Assembly (NCBI RefSeq): GCF_006345805.1
Contig: NC_042999.1
Coordinates: 126,790,001-126,854,000, forward strand
DNA length: 64,000 bases
DNA from: Octopus sinensis
Lineage: Eukaryota
Direction: 5' to 3'
This document shows positions 61,616 to 64,000 of the stretch, in pieces. The translations under genes were made by a program, and so were the position numbers. Every line of letters begins with the position of its first letter. The stretch's first letter is position 1. The notes under the pieces were generated by a model that was not told the DNA's origin, searched no databases, and saw only the letters and a list, made by a program, of their open reading frames with translations.

Positions 61616-62173
61616 TGCAATGTTATTGCCAGTTTAAATATGCTTGTGGCACATTCAAACTCTTAAGCAGGCCATTCGCTGTGCTTTGTCACGGAGAAAA
61701 TTTCTTGCTGTAGACAAATGGTGTAAATACACCTAAATCAACTCACAGCACCACCTATCCAGACTGTGAGATGCAAGCAGTTCAGAGTAGTTATCTCCTC
61801 TTCAGCCACAGAAACTAGAGGGGGGTGCTGCATTTACACACATCATTGCTCAGCACTCCCACCTTGTAATTTTTTTACGGTGAGCTGCCAATTAGTACTA
61901 CCAACCATTGTACAATGACTGGAATAGCATAAGAGAGACAATTTCTCTTATCAGTTCACAGTGCACCCATCTGGTTTCTTTGACTGAAGTGGAGATAACC
62001 ACTCTGAAATGCTTGCATCTAACAGTCTGGATAGGTGGTACTGTGAGCTGATTTAGTCATATTTACACCATTTGCCTGCAGTAAGAAATTTTCTCCATGA
62101 CAAAGTACAATGAATGACTTGCTTATGAGTTCAAATGTGCTACTGGCATATTTGAACTGGCAATAACATTGCA
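61616..62173. repeat. ~215-bp inverted repeat (61616-61829 and 61960-62173)
   Basis: Arms align by eye over their full length with scattered substitutions. Confidence 0.85.
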
Positions 62174-62239
62174 TTTATACACATCATTACTTAGCACTCC
62201 CATCCATAACTTACATACTCTGTATATAGCTTTAATAGT

Positions 62240-62900
62240 TTTGTGGTAAGAAGCTTACTTCCCAACCACTTGGTTCTGGGTTCAGTCCCATTGCATGACA
62301 CCTTGGGCAAGTGTCTTCTACTATGGCCTCAGGCCGACTAACTTTCAAACAATTGAAGATAGCTGAATATGTTACCTGTCCTATGACATGAATGTGTGTG
62401 TGTGTGTGTGTCTTTGTGTTTGCATTTGTCTCCCTCACTGCTTGACAACCAGTGTTGGTTTGTTTATGTCCCTGTACATAACAGTTCAGCAAAAGAAACT
62501 GATGGAATAAGTAAAAGGTAAAGACCCCCTTCAGCCATGAATGACCATGGAATTGCACCTAGAAAGTTCCCCTCCAAGGTACAAGCCTGGTCAAGGTTGT
62601 TTATGGAAAACCAGCATTTGTCCAGGGAAAGGCAAAGGCTGATACAACTTGGCACCAATGATGTCACAACTCATTTCTACAGCTGAGTGAACTGGAGCAA
62701 CATGAAATAAAGTGTCTTGCTCATAAACACAACACACAGCCCTGTCCGGGAATTGAACTCACTATCACATGATTGTGAGCCCAATGCTCTAATCACTGAG
62801 CCATGTACCTTCACAAGTACCAGACTTAAAAATAAGTACTGGAGTCAATTTGTGCTCCAGTATGGCTGCAGTCTAAAGACTGAAACAAGAAAAGGGCAAA
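62240..62900. mobile_element. SINE family B (+) interrupted by SINE family C (-, ~62525-62813)
   Basis: B head and body 62240-62515; C core CTGGAGCAACATGAAATAAAGTGTCTTGCTC; B tail resumes 62814-62900. Confidence 0.7.
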
Positions 62901-64000
62901 AGAGATTTGATGAAAAAAAAAATACCCTAATCATACCCTCACAAGGGTATACCTACAATTACAAACGTATATCAGAGAATCTTCTTCAATGGTAAATTGT
63001 CAGACATCACAAAATGGATGTCACATAAAAAGGGTACCAACATAATCATGAGTAGATGTACAAGAAAAGATGGCTGCCACTGCTACCACCATCACCACCA
63101 CCACCACCACTACCACCATCACCACCATCATCATTTCATGCCCACTTTTCCATGCTTACATAAATCAGATTTTCTACAGTTGGATGCCCTTCCTGTTGCC
63201 AACCTTCATCTGTTTGCAAGCAAAGTAAATATTTCCCCATGGCTAAAACATGATTTTCATGGAACATTGGAAACAAGCAACATTACTTGTATGATGGTAT
63301 TGCACATTTATGACCATCACATAATGTCATGCACAGACAAACAGACAGACAAGACAGACAGACAGACAGACACACACACACAGATGGAAGTAACGATACT
63401 GTGCTCATTGCTGTGATGATTTTGGCCAATCAACTTGAAAAACTTGTAAAGAATTCTTTTGGAAAGAAAATATCAATCAAAGAAATAAAGCAAAACAAAA
63501 CAAAATCCATTAAATGTAAAGAGGTTTAAAGATAGAAGTAGCAAGAATTTGAGATTTGGGTACAACAGAAGTATTAACCAGTGGAATAGGAGCAATGGGA
63601 GCGATAAAAATAGCGAAAAATGATAAAAGAAGCAATTTACCAAGGTACTGTAAAAAATAATTATTATCCTGAGAAGCAACTCATATCCTTAGAAATATTA
63701 TATATCTGTAGGAAAATAACTTGGTAAGCATCATGTTGCTTTGTACACACATACACGTACACAAGAGTGTACAGAGGCACACACAGAGAGGCACATGCAG
63801 AAAAACACATAATTACATAGCTATATGTTATAGAAACTTAGCCAATGCCCATGATTGATCATAGCAATCTTGTATGGAATGAAAAAAGAACACACTAATA
63901 CACATATACAAATAATTAGTTAGACACAGACACACAAATACACACACACACACATGCACACTGGAAGGTAATAATGAAAGTGTTATTGTACTGGGGTTGA

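Overview
AT-rich eukaryotic genomic DNA made almost entirely of microsatellites and transposable-element relics. The SINE and RTE repertoire suggests a cephalopod, probably Octopus (inference, not database-checked). No intact host gene is supportable; one possible decayed exon lies at about 11.7-12.15 kb. Retroelements: three tRNA-derived SINE families in many copies, RTE LINEs (youngest 55.1-57.8 kb, with a PHD-type finger inside the RT), a young CR1-type LINE (50.1-53.1 kb) plus an old relative, R4/Dong-like fragments and several Penelope-like elements (PLEs). DNA elements: a piggyBac fossil, Tc1/mariner fossils, a hAT-like element with 8-bp TSD, Helitron-like heads and many MITE/fold-back elements. 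Most interesting: (1) minimal type-I hammerhead ribozymes with palindromic stem III, some with very long stem II, in PLE-like repeats, including a well-preserved inverted pair at 6772-6856(-) and 7305-7389(+); (2) a correctly phased G_GGA_AAC -1 slippery site at the ORF1/ORF2 overlap of the CR1-type LINE, whose ORF2 has no usable AUG; (3) a GC-rich structured island with twister-like motifs inside a MITE at about 46 kb. Ends of decayed elements are approximate.
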